Assembly: GCF_963921235.1 (NCBI RefSeq)
Contig: NC_086097.1
Span: forward strand, 234,176,001-234,240,000
Source of the DNA: Mobula hypostoma
Taxonomy: Eukaryota
DNA length: 64,000 nucleotides
Direction: 5' to 3'
Shown here piece after piece: positions 1 to 13,942 of the stretch. Both the position numbers and the translations under genes were made by a program. The notes under the pieces are model-generated. The model was not told the DNA's origin, ran no database searches, and saw nothing but the letters and a program-made list of their open reading frames with translations. Each line of letters starts with the position of its first letter. The first letter of the stretch is position 1.

Positions 1-129
1 CACTACCTATTAAATACTCCCAAAGCAATGCAACTCACATTGTTTCTAACAACCAAGTCCAGCTCCTGCCTTCATATGTGGCTTGGTTACTAAGCCCGCT
101 GGAACCATTTCTACTGACAGAAGGGGCAA

Positions 130-860
130 AGGCAGATTACCAACACTAAGACCAAAGAGCTGATTGTGGAACACAAACCAATCTTCACAGGGATCAGCAG
201 TGGAGTGAGTGAGCAATTTCAAGTTCCTGACTGTCACTGTCTCTGGGGATATAACCTGCTCCCAAGGTATTGATGCAGTCAGAAAGAAGGCAAGTCAGTG
301 GCTATATTTCATCAGGAGTTTGAGGAGATTTAGTTTGTCACTTAAAGCACTTGAAAACTTCCGCAGATGTACCAAGGAGAGCATTCTGAGTGGCTGCGTC
401 ACCATCTGGTACGGGGAGGGGGACTACTGCACAGAATCAAGCTAAGCTGTAGAGAGTGGTAAAATTAATCATTTCCATCATGGGTTCTGGCCTCCATAAT
501 ATCCAAGACATCTTCAAGGAGCGGTGCCTCAGAAAAGTGGCTTCCATCATCAATGACCCCATTACCAGGACGTGCCCTTTTCTCACTGTTACCATCAGGA
601 AGGAGGTACAGAAGCCTGATGGCATACACTCTCTAATTCAGGAACAGCTTCTTCCCACTGCCATTCAGAATTTAAATGGACATCGAACCCATGAACACTA
701 CCTCAATACTTTCTTTAAAATTTCTCTTTCTGCTCTAATTATCTTAATCTAACTATTTAACATACATATTTACTGTAATTCAGTTTCTATATTTATCATG
801 TATTGTACCGCTGCTGCAAAGTTAACATATTTCATGACTTATACCGATGATATTAAAACC
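130..860 (+). mobile_element. Rex1/Babar-type LINE, decayed 3' fragment
   Basis: ORFs 209-445 and 456-752 give RT C-terminal motifs (FKFL..., KKASQWLYFIRSLRRF, ESILSGCVTIWYG). Broken frames and an AT-rich 3' UTR follow. Confidence 0.7.
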
Positions 861-864
861 GGTT

Positions 865-1260
865 GTTTCGTGCGGATGGGGCTTGTCAGCCATGGTCGGC
901 AGCTCATTTAGGAGAAGGAAAACACTAATCCCAAACCTCTGCTGCCTTGCAGCTATTCTCACTCCTGGGGAATGCTTTGGGAGTAAACCTGAGGAAAAAT
1001 CTGGAACTGATATCCCTAAGAAGGCCCCACATTGAGTTCAGTTCTGACTGGCAACTCCTGTGACATGACTGGTGCTGAACTGTATTGGTCTCTGCTGTCC
1101 CTTTGGATTTATCAGATTCATGGAGAGGGGGGAGTCTGCTGTATGGGCAACTGCATGCTCTCCATATTTATTGTATTGCCCTGGCTTGTGTACCAGCTTA
1201 TGTATCGTGTAGACAGCTAGGACATAATATCCAAGGTCAACCCTGATCAACAGAAGGCCT
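865..1260 (+). repeat. Interspersed non-coding repeat (SINE or RTE-related), family unassigned
   Basis: GC-richer block with repeat-like composition and no coding motifs. Boundaries approximate. Confidence 0.3.
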
Positions 1261-1751
1261 CAGTCAGATGGAGGAAGAGAAGGTTTCTTTCATGGAACTT
1301 TCGTGGAGGCTTGGGGAGTCAAGTTCCAAGAAGCAGTCAATGCCAGCTTAAATGTATGAGCAGTGCCTACAGACAAACATCAGGGAGCAATTTTGAGACA
1401 TCATTGAGAGCATTTGTTGTGCGTTTAGTCAGGTTATTGAACCGTATGTAGAAACTGCCTCTAGCAGTGACATTTGTGGGGTAAAGTATGAGTATTTTAA
1501 TGACAGGACATCAGTGTCAGTTCTCAACAGCTCCATCACCCTACACAGACAATGAGAGATGGCGCCGCCTTGGAATGAACAGAAACTTTTATGACTACAG
1601 CGCAAGGCACGGTGACACCACTGTCAAATACTCAGGAATCAACATCAGATTTATTATCACTGACCTAAGTCGTGAAAACAACAAATTTCACAGCATATGT
1701 CAGTGTTAGTAAATCTGATTCTGATATGTTAAGCACCAGTATCAATTCCAC

Positions 1752-2386
1752 AGAAAGACACAGTACATGGCGTTTAACTGCGACGAAGGTACTCTCATGA
1801 CCATAGAGAATGATACCATTAAGAAAGTCTTTGACTACAAGTACCTTGGGTCAAGAATGATGAGTTCGGAGAAGGACATAAAGATACGGAAGGCACTGGC
1901 GTGGAGGGCTATGAACGACATGAAGGAAAGCTGGAAGTCAAACCTGACCAGAGGGCTTAAAAAGAGGATTTTCATAGCAGTCATAGAGTCCATTCTCACG
2001 TACGGATGCGAGATGTGGACACTCACCAAGACGATGTGAAAGTCTCTAGATGGTTGCTATACACGAATGCTCCGGATGGCTCTTGATGTGTGTTGGCAAC
2101 AGCACATGACGAATGTCAAGCTCTATAACAACCTGCCGATGTTCACCACGGTCTACGCCACCCCGAGCTACCTGCAAGCCTACGGGAGCCCAAGCACGGG
2201 AGGATGAACCCTGGGCGCCCTCCCAAGACTATGGTCAACACGCTCCTAGAAGACAGCAGCGTGGCTAATGTAGATGAACTGAACACATTGATGAGGGAGA
2301 GGGAGAAGTGGAGAGTCCGTCATCATGCCTGTCGCCGGCCCCCTAGGCCTGAGTTGACGTAGTAGTTGTTGTAGTAGTAGTAGTCG
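1752..2386 (+). mobile_element. RTE-clade LINE, 5'-truncated
   Basis: ORF 1767-2039 (FDYKYLGS..DIKIRKALAW..ESILTYGCEMWTLT). (GTA)n tail. TSD TCAATTCCAC at 1742-1751 and 2387-2396. A near-identical copy lies at 53266-53866. Confidence 0.88.
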
Positions 2387-2487
2387 TCAATTCCACTGCT
2401 TCTAATTTCCTGTAAGTTTATAAGGAGAGGTAGTGCAGCACAACAAATTGAGTTGCTGCCTCACAGTTCCATATGGATTTTTCCCAG

Positions 2488-2590
2488 TGAAGTCCCGATA
2501 AAGGACCTCGGCCGGAAAGGTCAACTGTTTATTCCCGTCCATGGATGCTTCCTAATCTGCTGAGCTCCTCCAGCAAGTTGTGTGCATTAC
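2488..2590 (+). repeat. Decayed PLE 3' terminus with degenerate hammerhead motif
   Basis: agtcCCGATAAaggacctcggccgGAAAGGTCaact followed by gatgct..ctgctgagctcctccagca..tgtgtg matches the PLE ends at 42612 and 60713. Confidence 0.6.
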
Positions 2591-5306
2591 TTTCCTCAGT
2601 GCACTGGGGTGGCACGTTGGCTCAATGCTTTATGGTGAGGCCGGCTGTAAGATCAGGGCTCTATTCTTGCTGCTCTCTGTAAGGTGCCTGTACATCCTCT
2701 ACATGATGTTGTGGGTTTCCTCCCACATTCCACAGACGTATGTTTAGGGTCTGTGAACTGTGGGCATGCTATGTTGTGGCTACCCAGTACAATTCTTGCT
2801 GATTGGATTTGATGCAAAATAATGTATTTCACTGTATGTTTCAATGCAGATGTAAAAGATAATGCTAATATTATTTGGTTTCCACCTGTATCCCAGAAGC
2901 ACGCAAGCTGGTAGATTATTCAGTTACTGCAAATAGTCCCCAGTGCACAGGTGAGGGGAATATTAATGGGGGTATAATATTTCTCGATGAGCCATAAGAT
3001 CTCAATGCACTGATGTGTTTTCCTTTTATGTTATAAAGAAATACGGAGAAATATCAACTGTGACTAGTACTTCATCCGGATCACCCAACAGAAAACAAGC
3101 CTGAACTAGCAAAGTAATAGGCAAAAAATAAGACATGTTAAATGTGATATCTATGGAAAAGATGTTTCAGATTTTTTCAGACATCCAGCATCTGCAGGTT
3201 AGCTTGACTTTTATTTTCCATCCCTAACTTGTTTGACTTGCATCATAAGACATAGGAGCAAAGTTTGGCCATTCAGCCCATCGGGTCTTCTCCACCATTC
3301 CATCACGAGTAAAGTGTGCGCCCAGGCCCCCTTTACTGCAGCACACTTCTACTGTTTACTGTTTCCAACAGTCATGACTACCCCAGTCCGTCGTGCCAAA
3401 GAAAGCGTAAAGCGAATGCATGCTTTCAGCAGACTAGATTTATACCTTACCGGCGCTGTGACATCATCAGCTAAATGGCAATTAGTGAAAGGGCTGCGAA
3501 GCTCCTTAAATGGGCCAATCCCTAGCGAGCATGGGGAGTGACATTTAACGAACGGTTAAGATGGACACCCAACTGCAACTGTATTCTGAGGCTGTACCTT
3601 CTGGTCCTGGAAATATCCTCTCCACATCAACTCTATTTAAGTCTTTCAATATTAGTTAATTCAATTATGACTCCATTTACAATGGAGTGCTCAAGTAAGC
3701 AGTTGAATTCAAGAGCAATGAGAATGAATTATCAGAATCAGTTTTAATATCACTGGCGTATGTTGTGAATTTATTTTGTTCACTAATTCAATTTCTTTAA
3801 GTGACCTAATATTCTGGGTCAATTAAAGGTGTGAAATTAATGCAGCCTTCTTTTCATACTGCAAATGAAAATTCAACACAACACAGCTGCAGTTTGCAGA
3901 CAGTCTGACTGGCACCAGTGAACAGGGCTAAGACAGGTCAGCAAATAAAAATTAGATTAACAATTGCATTAAATTTCAACTTCCATCAATTTCATTTTCG
4001 AATTGTGTTCCAAACTACAACAAATCAGGATATAGATCTGTTTGTGGGTGAAACAAATCATTTTTTTTTTTGACCAGTGCCTCTTTTAATTTTTGCTTAA
4101 TTTTATTTTAAGGGAGAAAAGTTGTTTGGTATCACTTGTTTTTTCAGTCCCACAAAATTATAACAACATCTACTAATTACAGAGGTTGGTTAACCTTGAA
4201 ACTGAGGGAGACATGACTATTTCTAAAAAGTAAGGTTGTCTGGTTGCTGTAATCACTGGAGGATCTCTCTTCTGTCTGCCACAAGGATACAGCACGAGTT
4301 CTCATCCATGTCTGTTTCCTGTTGGCTGAAGAGTTCCTTCTGGAGACACAGTAAGGATCCTAACCATTAGATGCAAAATGATCATGACATATACTAAGGA
4401 TTAAATCAAAGAAAACACTGGAGACAACACAGATGTTGGAAAAACTCAGCAGGTTAGATAGCATCTGTGGAGGAAATTGGATGATCAAAATTTTTGGTCA
4501 TAATCCTTCATCTAGGCTAGAAATGGGCAGTTGACATTTTGTTTCAAAATCCCTCATCTGGACCAACATCAACAGACTCTTGCATCCAAAAAAACATGCA
4601 GAGAGCAGAGTTAGCCACCGCATGCCCTTTATTGACCTCACCGTAATCTTCACGCCATCACCCAAGAGCCATTATGGAAGTAGAAGGGTAGACCTTAGTC
4701 TTTTGCACTTCTGAAAATCAAACCAGTGTTTCTTTTTAGTTTACAGCACATGGAAAATATGTGCATGTGTATGTACGTAGGGCTGAGCTCCAAATCATTG
4801 CTGATTCCCAGAGGATGAGCTTTACACCAAAGCTCTGGGGGGAAAAAAATAAACCTTCATCACCATATCCCACCAATTGTGATCTGTGGCAGAGCAGACA
4901 TAAAGTTGATCATTCTCATATCTGTGAATCATCAAAATTCACCATCATCTCCAGTATTCTGGCACAAAACCTAGCTTCCTGAGGAAACAACAGAACATTA
5001 GCAATTATCTTGACAGAAACAATCATGGCCCAGTCAAAGTATGTATACATCATCATGTACAAACATCATTCCTCCACCGGAGCAAGTCCCACCTCCGCAA
5101 GGATGCTTCCTTTCTCGAATGGTAGCATCCACAGAATAAGGTTCTATAGACTTGTCTCAATGTAACTTGACTGACTGAAGAATCTCAGGGGCATTTGTCA
5201 ACTACCTTGTAACATCAAGATTGAAGAAGCAGCCTTTAATTCACACTCCTAAAGATTTGAGAGTTCAATTTCTACAGCAAGAATGAGCTTGCAAATGTGA
5301 TTCAAA

Positions 5307-5840
5307 ATAAGACTATAAGAACTAGGAGCAGAACTACACCATTCGGCCCATCCCGCATGCTCTGCCATTCCATCATGGCTAATTTATTATTCCTCTTAAC
5401 CCCATTCTGCTGCCTTCTCCCTGTAAGCTTTGATGCCCTGATTAATCAAGAACATATAAACCTCCACCTTAAATACCCAATGAGTTGGTGGGCACAGCTG
5501 TCTGTAGCAAAGAATTCCATGGATTCACCACACACTGGCTGAAGTCATTTTTCCATATCTCTGTTCTAAAAGGGTGTTCCTCAATTGTGAGGCTGTGCCC
5601 CCGGTCCCTCACTCCCCCACGATAGGAAACATCCTCTCTACACCCACTCTATCCAGAACCTTTCAATATTTGATAGTTTTCAATGAACCCCCCCACCCCC
5701 GTTCTTCCAAACTCCAGTGAGTACAGGCCCAGAGCAATCAACAACTTCTCGTATGTTAACCCTTTCAGTCCTAGGATCATTCTTGTGCACCACCTCTGGA
5801 ATCTCTCCAATGCTTTCCTAGATAAGGGGCCCAAAACTGC
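5307..5840 (-). mobile_element. CR1 LINE 3' fragment
   Basis: ORF 5649-5843 (LERFQRWCTRMILGLKGLTYE..LGLYSLE) plus CR1 3' tail. Confidence 0.85.
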
Positions 5841-5844
5841 CACA

Positions 5845-6118
5845 CAGTAGCATAGTGGTTAGCACAACACTTTAAAATGCAGGCGACCAGGGTTTAATTT
5901 CCTCCACTGCCTGTAAGGAGTTTGTATGTTTTTTTTTCAGGTGCTCTGGTTTCCTCCCGCAGTCCAAAGACATGCCAGTTGGAAAGTTAGTTGGTCACTG
6001 TAAATTGTCCTGTCATTAGGCTAGGGTTAAATTTGGGCCTCGTTGGGCGGCATGGCTCGAAAGGCCGGAAGGGCCTGTTCTATGCTGCATCTCAATAAAT
6101 GAATAATAAATAAACAAA
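5845..6118 (+). mobile_element. tRNA-derived V-SINE (HE1-like)
   Basis: A-box-like tagcatagtggttag, V-domain-like ggtttcctcccgcagtccaaagac..tgtaaattgtcc, (AATA)n tail. Related copies at ~2605-2870, 21410-21610, 34845-35155(-) and 49320-49610(-). Confidence 0.65.
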
Positions 6119-6562
6119 CCAAGAAGTACCCGAGCTCCTTTTAAACCCCACGCTGCATCATCAATGAATGACCTCCCTTGCTGATTGCTGCCTGCTGAGA
6201 AAAAAAGGACAAAAAATAAGAAGGGGAGTGCATGGAAAGGCCATATGTTGGATATTACATTTCCCCTGTATATGTCAAGGAGAATTGAGATTGTGCTGAC
6301 GGTGGAATATTTGACTTTTATTGACGTGAATTATTCAGTATCATTGTGTAGCTGAATAACTCATATCTTTTTTCATCTTATCAAATTACTGTCAGTCATC
6401 TTTTGAAAAGATTACACATTCACACAACATAGTGCACGTGAAGGTATACTGCCCCAAAACATCTTTGTAGTGTTTTTATAAGCACAATGTATACATTAAG
6501 TTTCACATGCTTATTCTGAGTTGTTTTTTGTATGTGAGCATCTTATGCTGGTACTCTTTCAG

Positions 6563-6648
6563 TGCAGAGCCTCCCTGAAACAACCCAGAGTGATAACAAA
6601 CCAATGGAAGTGTTACCAAGAGGATCAGAACTGGCAAATTTATTGAAG
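6563..6648 (+). CDS. Candidate isolated internal coding exon (QSLPETTQSDNKPMEVLPRGSELANLLK), gene unknown
   Basis: Acceptor tactctttcAG, donor AAG|gtaact, 86 nt open in phase 1 to 0, in non-repeat DNA. No recognisable homology. Confidence 0.3.
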
Positions 6649-6742
6649 GTAACTGCTTGGATTGGAGGGAAAAATGGACAATTTTGGAAATGTACAGCAG
6701 GTCAGACAGCACCTGCAGAACAGGTCTGGGGCACCATTGAAA

Positions 6743-6744
<2 letters not shown>

Positions 6745-6783
<39 letters not shown>
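6745..6783. repeat. (TG)n(GA)n compound microsatellite
   Basis: Directly visible. Confidence 0.95.
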
Positions 6784-6785
<2 letters not shown>

Positions 6786-7610
6786 AACAAGTTAAATAAT
6801 TTTAAAATTGTGGAGAAGTTGGGGGAAGGGATTTATTTGCACCACCTGTCCTTTTGGATTTCCAATTGTCCAATTATCTTTTCACTTCCCACCAGCCAGG
6901 GACCCATTATCTCCTTCCGTATCAGAGACATGCACTAGAGCACAGAAACAAGCTCTTTGGCCCATCTAGTCCATGCTGAACTGGGTGTGACTCTGCTAGT
7001 CCCATTGACCTGCACCTGGACCAAGACCCTCCACACTTCCACAGTTGTCCTGTCCATCTACGTAATCAAGCTTCTCTTCAGTGCTGAAATCGAACCTGTA
7101 TCTACCACAGGAGAAGTAGTAATTCAATTTCATTGGAACAACTATGTTCAGTCTGTGATAGTGATCCTTAATTTGTGGTTGGCTGCCACCTTATTTATCC
7201 ATCCCATTCCCACTCTACCCATTCTGTCTGTACCTCCTGCACAATTACAATAAAACTGCATGCAAGCTTGAAGAACATCAACTTGCATTCTGCAGAAATG
7301 TATTGAAGCTGTCCAGACTCAAAGTGACCGTTGTTAAACTTAGAAACTTGTCCGTTCTTTTGGGAACTGCCCATTTCTGCCCATCATCCATTTGTGCTTT
7401 TGGTGTTCCGCCTTGCTGCTATTAATTTATAACACTGAAACACGGATGAAGGGTCATAATCTGTCTCTAACTTCTACATCAGCTCATTCAGCCTCAACTT
7501 ATCGAAGCCATTTCCTTTGTTCCAACCATTACACATTTTGACCTTCATCTTCACCGTCGTTTAAAAATAATTTGATTTCTCTCTTTATAAGTCCTATTGA
7601 TAGTCTAGGA

Positions 7611-8714
7611 CAGGGGTTCCCAAACTGGAGTCCACGGACCCCTTGGTTAATGGCAGGGGTCCATGGAGTAATTTTAAAATGTTACGATGTATGTCAATGA
7701 TTTGGACTATGGGATTAATGGATTTGTGGCTAAATTTACCGATGATACAAAGATAGGTGGAGGAGCGGGTAGTGTTGAGGAAACAGAGCCTGCAGTGAGA
7801 CTTAGATAGTTTAGGGGAATGGGAAAAGAAGTGGCCAATGAAATACAATGTTGGAAAGTGTATGGTCATACACTTTGGTGGAAGAAATAAACAGGCAGAC
7901 TATTATTTCGATGGGGAGAGAATTGAAAATGCAGAGATGCGAAGGTACTTTGCGGTCCTTGTGCAGGATACTCTCCAGGCTCAGAAGGCTCACCAGGTTA
8001 ACCTCCAGGTTGAGTCGGTGGTGAAGAAAGCGAATGCAATGTTGGCATTCATTTGTGGAGGCATAGAATATAAGAGAAGGGATGTGATATTGAGGCTCTA
8101 TAAGGTGCTTGTGAGACCACATTTGGAGTATTGTGTGCAGTTTTGGGCTCCCTGTTTTAGAACGGATGTGCTGACTTTGGAGAAGGTTCAGAGAAGAATC
8201 ACAAGAATGATTCCAGGAATGAAAGGGTTACTGTATGAGGAATGTCTGGCAGCTCTTGAGCTGTATTCCCTGGAGTTCAGGAGAATGAGGGGGATCTCAA
8301 AGAAACATTCAGAATGTTAAAACGCCTGAACAGATTAGATAGAGCACAGTTATTTCCCATGGTAGGGGAGTCTAGGACAAGAGAGCACAACTTCAGGATT
8401 GAAGGATGCCCATTTAGAGCAGAGATGTGGAGAAATTACTTTAGCCAGAGGGTGGTAAATCTGTGGATTTTGTTGCCATGAGCAGCTGTGGAGGCCAAGA
8501 CATTTGGTGTATTTAAGACAGAGATAAATAGGTTCTTGATTAGCCAGGGCATCAAATGGTATGGGGAGAAGGCAGGGGAGTGCGGATGACTGGAAGAATT
8601 GGATCAGCCCCTGATTGAATGTCGGAGCAGACTCGGTGGGCTGAATGACCTACTTCTCCTCTTATATCTTCTGGTCTTATGGTCTTAATAAAAAAAAAAG
8701 CTGGGAACCCCCAT
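7611..8714. mobile_element. Short hAT (Charlie-like) MITE split by a CR1 insertion
   Basis: Left TIR CAGGGGTTCCCAA at 7611, right end ctgggaaccccc at ~8701-8714. 8-bp TSD gtctagga (7603-7610) / ttctagga (8715-8722). Confidence 0.65.
7690..8687 (+). mobile_element. CR1 LINE 3' fragment nested in the MITE
   Basis: ORF 7838-8320 (KCMVIHFG..LVRPHLEYCVQFWAP) and tail tatggtct repeats. Confidence 0.9.
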
Positions 8715-9214
8715 TTCTAGGACCTGAAATGCTAACTCTCTTGGTCTTTCCACAATACTGCCTGTGTGTTTCTGCCATTTTGTGTTTTTATTTCACATTC
8801 CAGTATCTGAAGTTTGTTATTGATTTTCATACTGTGTTGCTTATATACAAAAAAGAAACTAGAAAATCTTGAACTGGGAAACCGGTTGCAAGCTCAGAGG
8901 ATGAGCTAAATTTTGTTTGATGCAGTAGGCAACTCATTTCTATTAATTCTTGTGGACAATAGTCTCAGGAATAGAAGTTCTAAATAACATTGATTGAGGT
9001 ATGATCAATCAATCTAGATCCACGCATTGGGATTTTGCAGCGAGCAAAACTGGTCCAAGAAATCCATCAGCAACTGATGTTTCCAATCCAAATCTCCCTG
9101 TCTCAAAGTCAATAGTTGTAATGAGAGTGGTGACACCCAAACATATGAGGAAGAATGCGGCGATCTGAATAGCTTCTTCAAAAGACCTATGTTTCTTTGA
9201 GAATGGAATTGAAT

Positions 9215-9770
9215 ATGATATAGGAGCAAAATTTGGCCATTCGATCAAGGCTGATTTATTATCCCTTTCAACCCCATTCTCCTCTCTTCACGTAATCTTG
9301 GATACCCATACTAAACAAAAACTTATCAACCTCTGTTTTAAATATAACCATTGACTAGACTTCCACAGCAGTTTATGACAAAGAATTCCATAGATTCACC
9401 TCCCTCTGGCTGAAGAAATTCCTTCTCAGCTCTGTTCCAAAGGGATGTCCTTCTATTGTGGGGCTGTGTCCTCTGCTCCTAGACTCCCCCACTATAGGAA
9501 ACATCCTCTCCATGTCCACTCCATCTTGGCCTTTCAATATTTGATATTTCAATTCTTCAATTAGATTACACCCTCACCCCCCAGACTCCAGCAAGTACAG
9601 GTTTCGAGCCATTAAACGTTCCTCATACATTAACCCTTTCATCTCAGGATCAATCGCGTGAACTACCTCTGTACCCTCTCTTCAGTGCTAGCATATCCCT
9701 TTTCAGATAGGGAGCCCAGAACTGCTCACAATACTCCAAGTGAAGTCTGACCAATTCTGTATAAACACTC
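9215..9770 (-). mobile_element. CR1 LINE 3' fragment
   Basis: LVRLHLEYCEQFWAPY in ORF 9650-9838, plus CR1 3' UTR. Confidence 0.8.
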
Positions 9771-10149
9771 AGAATCTTGGAGGAACTGTGCAATGAATTC
9801 TGAAGGCAATGGGGAATGAACTGAAACTCGTGCAGCACATTTGATGAAATTCTGGGTAGAATTTAAGGGAATCCAGATGGCATAAAGATTATGTTTCAGA
9901 GAAATAAATCCAATCAAACAATTGCAGTGCACATTAGTGAAAGTAAGGACAAAGTCTGATAAATAGACAGACAATTGCTGACCAAAGCAGTAAGAGAGGG
10001 AGGAGTGTAATGTGACAGATAAAGGAATTTGGGGCCAGAGTAAACTGAAACATCATATACTGCCTACTTGGTGTCAAGGTGAGACACATTGTAGGCTGAT
10101 ATGAAGGGTATTTAAAGCAATAAGTCATTTCCATTCTTTGACTATTAAG

Positions 10150-10690
10150 AGTCATAGAGCTCGGAAACAGGTCCATCAGCTGAACCCATTCATGACAATC
10201 AAGGTACCTTCCTGAACGAGTCTCATTTGCTTGCATTTCCCATACCCTTCTAAACCTTTCTTTTACATGTACTTGTCCAAAGTCTCTTAAAGATTGTATT
10301 TATTTCTATCTCTACTATTCCCTCTGGCGGCTTGTTCCAAATATCTGCCACCCTCTTTGTGAAAAGCTGCATCTCAGGTTTTTTTAAAATCTAACACTTA
10401 AGGTTTACCCTCTAGTTTTCAACTCCCCTACTCTTGGAAAAAGATCACGTCCATCTACTTTATTCATGCCCCTCATGATTTTATAAGCTCCAATACGGTC
10501 ACCACTCCTTCGGTCAAGGGAAACCAGTCCAAGATGGTCTTGCCTCTCTTTCTAACTCAATACTTCAGTCTTAGCAACATCCTTGTGAATCTATTTCAGC
10601 ACCTTTTCATTGCATCCTTCCTCTGGTATAATGACCCAGAGCGTTCACAATTCAGAGTCTTGTACAGTTGTAGCATGACATCACAAATTC
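10150..10690 (-). mobile_element. Old CR1 3' fragment
   Basis: Degenerate similarity to the other CR1 3' ends in this window. Confidence 0.55.
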
Positions 10691-11543
10691 AAATTCCCCT
10701 TTATCTCTACGGAATGTGAAAAGTAAACATAATTGTTCACTGATAAAAACAACTATACTTTGAATTCTGCTCACATTCAGCTTCCTGTGATGTTCCAAAA
10801 CATTGATGTTAAGAGAAACTCTGAAGCCGGCTGGCTACTCATGAGTCATGACATATGACACTCAAACTAAAATTATATTGTGCTTCCCCATCTAAATGTC
10901 TTCACTGATCAAAAGAAATGCAATTTTTTGTGCACTGGTGTTGATGAAATTACTTCCAAAACCTGATACATTGCTGTAAATTTTATACATTCTTTGTAAA
11001 CTGATTTTATTACAACTGGTATTGAATAAACAATGATAAATAAAACATATCATCTTTTCTTAGCCTTTAGTTTTGCTAACTATTTAAATCTGAACATATT
11101 TTCTTTGTGCTGCATTTTGAGTATCCAGATGTCACCACAGAGATGTGAAAGGAAGTAGCCTTTCTTGGCTAAAAAACAGTAGTTTATTTGAAGTTGTTAA
11201 AAGATTACATCTTTTCTACATGTAACCTCGTGTTGTTATTTAATAAATGTTCACATAACCAGATGTGACGAAGGCCCATCACTGATTACGGACGGCACAT
11301 GGCACACTCGGTAAAACACTCATCCCCAGCAGTAATAGTGACTGGGTCTGAACCAGAGCTGCTGCATGGAGCTGTCTCATATAGAGGCAGCAGCAACCTG
11401 CACAGGTGTGCTGATGGTGGAGGATACCATCTTTAATTGGATAATTGAGTTAATTAGCTTTTGGTTGGTTTAGGAGGAGGGGCTTAGCAGTTATAAGCCT
11501 TATGTGACCAAGGCTTTGGGGTTGTGAGCTTGAGAAAAGGGGA

Positions 11544-13545
11544 ATGCTGGCAAGTTATCAGAGTGGTTTTAGAAAGGGAAGGAATTCCATGGACTCAGTG
11601 ATTATGTTAGAGACTGAAATAAGGAAGGCCCAGGCAAATAGAGAGTCAGTAGTGGCAGTGTTCTTTGACATTGAAAAAGCCTATGATATGATGTGGAACG
11701 AAGGATTATTAATTAAACTGCACGAGATGGGGGTTGGTGGGAGAGTTTTTAATTGGATTAAAGATTTTTTGTTTGGTAGAAAAATTCAAGTTTGGATTGG
11801 ATCAGAATTATCAAAACAGTACATAGTGGAAAATGGCACACCTCAAGGTAGTGTGATTAGCCTGTTACTTTTCATGATTATGATCAATGATGTCTTCACA
11901 AAGGTACCAGTGGATATAGGTAGGTCACTGTTTGCGGATGATGGGGCCTTGTGGAAAAGAGGCAGGAACATGGACTATATAATCAAGAAACTACAAGAAG
12001 CAATTGATGAAGTGGTGGAGTGGGGTTATGATTGGGGATGTAGATTTTCAGTAGATAAAACTCAAACTGTATTTTTTACCAGGAAAAGGGTTGAGGTAGG
12101 GAAGAAGTTAAGGATGTATGGGGTTGAATTAGAAAGGGTTGCATCATTTAAATTTCTGGGAGTTATATTTGATTCACGATTAACATGGGCAGACCATATC
12201 AGGAAAGTTGAGGAGAAATGTAAAAAAGTAATAAATGTGATGAGATGTTTGACTGGTAGGGAATGGGGAGCAAGTTCTTCAGCTTTGAAGAGAATGTATG
12301 TGGCTTTAGTAAGATCTGTATTGGATTATGGAAATATAGTATATGGATCAGCAGCTAGGTCTCTTATAAGGAAACTGGATGTGATTCAGGCTCAGGCCTT
12401 GAGAGTGTGCAGTGGGGCTTTTAAAATGTCACCAGTGTCAGCCCTACAGGTAGAAATGGGAATAATGCCTTTGGAACTAAGAAGGATGCAACTGATGGCA
12501 AACTACTGGGCTAACTTGCAGGGGCACAATGATTCTCACCCTACTAAAGGAGTGTTGCAGGAGTGTTGGGAAAATGGGAGGTTTCAGAGGGATACCTTTA
12601 GTGGGGTAGGGAATGATATTGCGAAGGAATGTGGAGTATTTGATCTGAGGATAAGTCCTTCAGTAGTTTATCCGGTTGTAGCTCCATGGAAGCTTGTATG
12701 GCCTGACATAGACTGGCATTTGTTAGAGGTAAAAAGGAAAGAAAGATATAAAACAGATTTGGTAAATGCATTTAACTGTCATGTGATGGAAAAGTATAGT
12801 GATTATACTCACATTTATACGGATGGTGCGAAGGAACCTGCAACAGGAGTGACAGGGTTTGGGGTGGTAATACCAGCAAAAGAAATTGGAATCAGCAGAA
12901 GAACATCTAATAAGTTAGGGGTGTTTACAGTGGAGATGCTGGCAGTGTTGGTTGCGTTGCAATGGGTGCAGAAAGCCAGACAAGCCAAAGCATTGATATG
13001 TTCAGATTCATCCTCAGTTCTAGCAAGTTTAAGGTCTTTTCACACAAACAGTCGGCAAGATGTACTTTATGAAGTCCTTCAGTTAGTTACAAGAATTGCA
13101 AATCAGGGAGATCAGGTAAAATTTCTATGGGTTCCAGCACATGTAGGGGTGAAGGGGAATGAGAGGGTGGATGAGTTGGCAAAGAGGGCGTTAAAGAAAG
13201 AAAATGTGGAAATGCACATTAGTATCAGTAAAGCAGAGGTTAAGTGTGTAATCTGGGGAAAAAGTCAACCGAATGTGGCAAGAAAGATGGGACAGGGAGG
13301 GGAAAGGGAGGCATTTATATCAAATACAAAAGAGTGTTGCAGGTATCAGGGTAGGTAATGGAAACAGAAGAGAGGAAATTGTGTGGACTAGGTTAAGGCT
13401 GGGGCATTGTGCATTAAACAAAACATTGAAAATGATAGGGAAACACCAGACAGGATTGTGTGAGGAATGTCAGGAAGAGGAGTCAGTAGAGCATGTAGTT
13501 CTGAGTTGCAGGAAGTATGGGAGACAGAGAGATGGTGAGAATTAA
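11544..13545 (+). pseudogene. Nimb/I-group ORF2 remnant: RT, RNase H, C-terminal Cys/His knuckle (frameshift near 13260)
   Basis: YQSGFRKGR, FFDIEKAYD, GTPQGS, FADD, FKFLG. RNase H: IYTDG..E..SDS..WVPAHVGVKGNERVDELAK. CEEC..ESVEHVVLSC in 13273-13545. Confidence 0.9.
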
Positions 13546-13826
13546 ACTAAGGGAGTTGGGGGTGCAGGAATTCACATTAAAAGGGTTGCTGGGCATGGGT
13601 GAGAGAGCACGTCCGGGTATTTTTAGCGTTTTTAAGGGGTACAGGGTTTTTTTTATAGGATATGACGGATAAACAGGAATAGGGTACTAGGATGGTCAAA
13701 GATGGGAGGGTAAAGTGTGTGTCTGTGTATTTAGAATGTATGTCTAGTGCACATTCTGGAGCAGAGGGTGGCGGTAATGCACCATTAAGCTGGATGCTGA
13801 CCGCCGTAAAACAAGATACAGACAGA

Positions 13827-13942
13827 ACAACAGGAATTCTGCAGATGCTGGAAATTCAAGCAACACACATAAAAGTTGCTGGTGAACGCAGCAGGCCAGG
13901 CAGCATCTCTAGGCCTGCTGCGTTCACCAGCAACTTTTGTGT
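13827..13942. mobile_element. 116-bp palindromic PLE-end insertion
   Basis: Perfect 27-bp inverted arms 13871-13897 / 13912-13938 matching the PLE terminus at 58413+. TSD GATACAGACAGA at 13815-13826 and 13943-13954. Confidence 0.85.
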
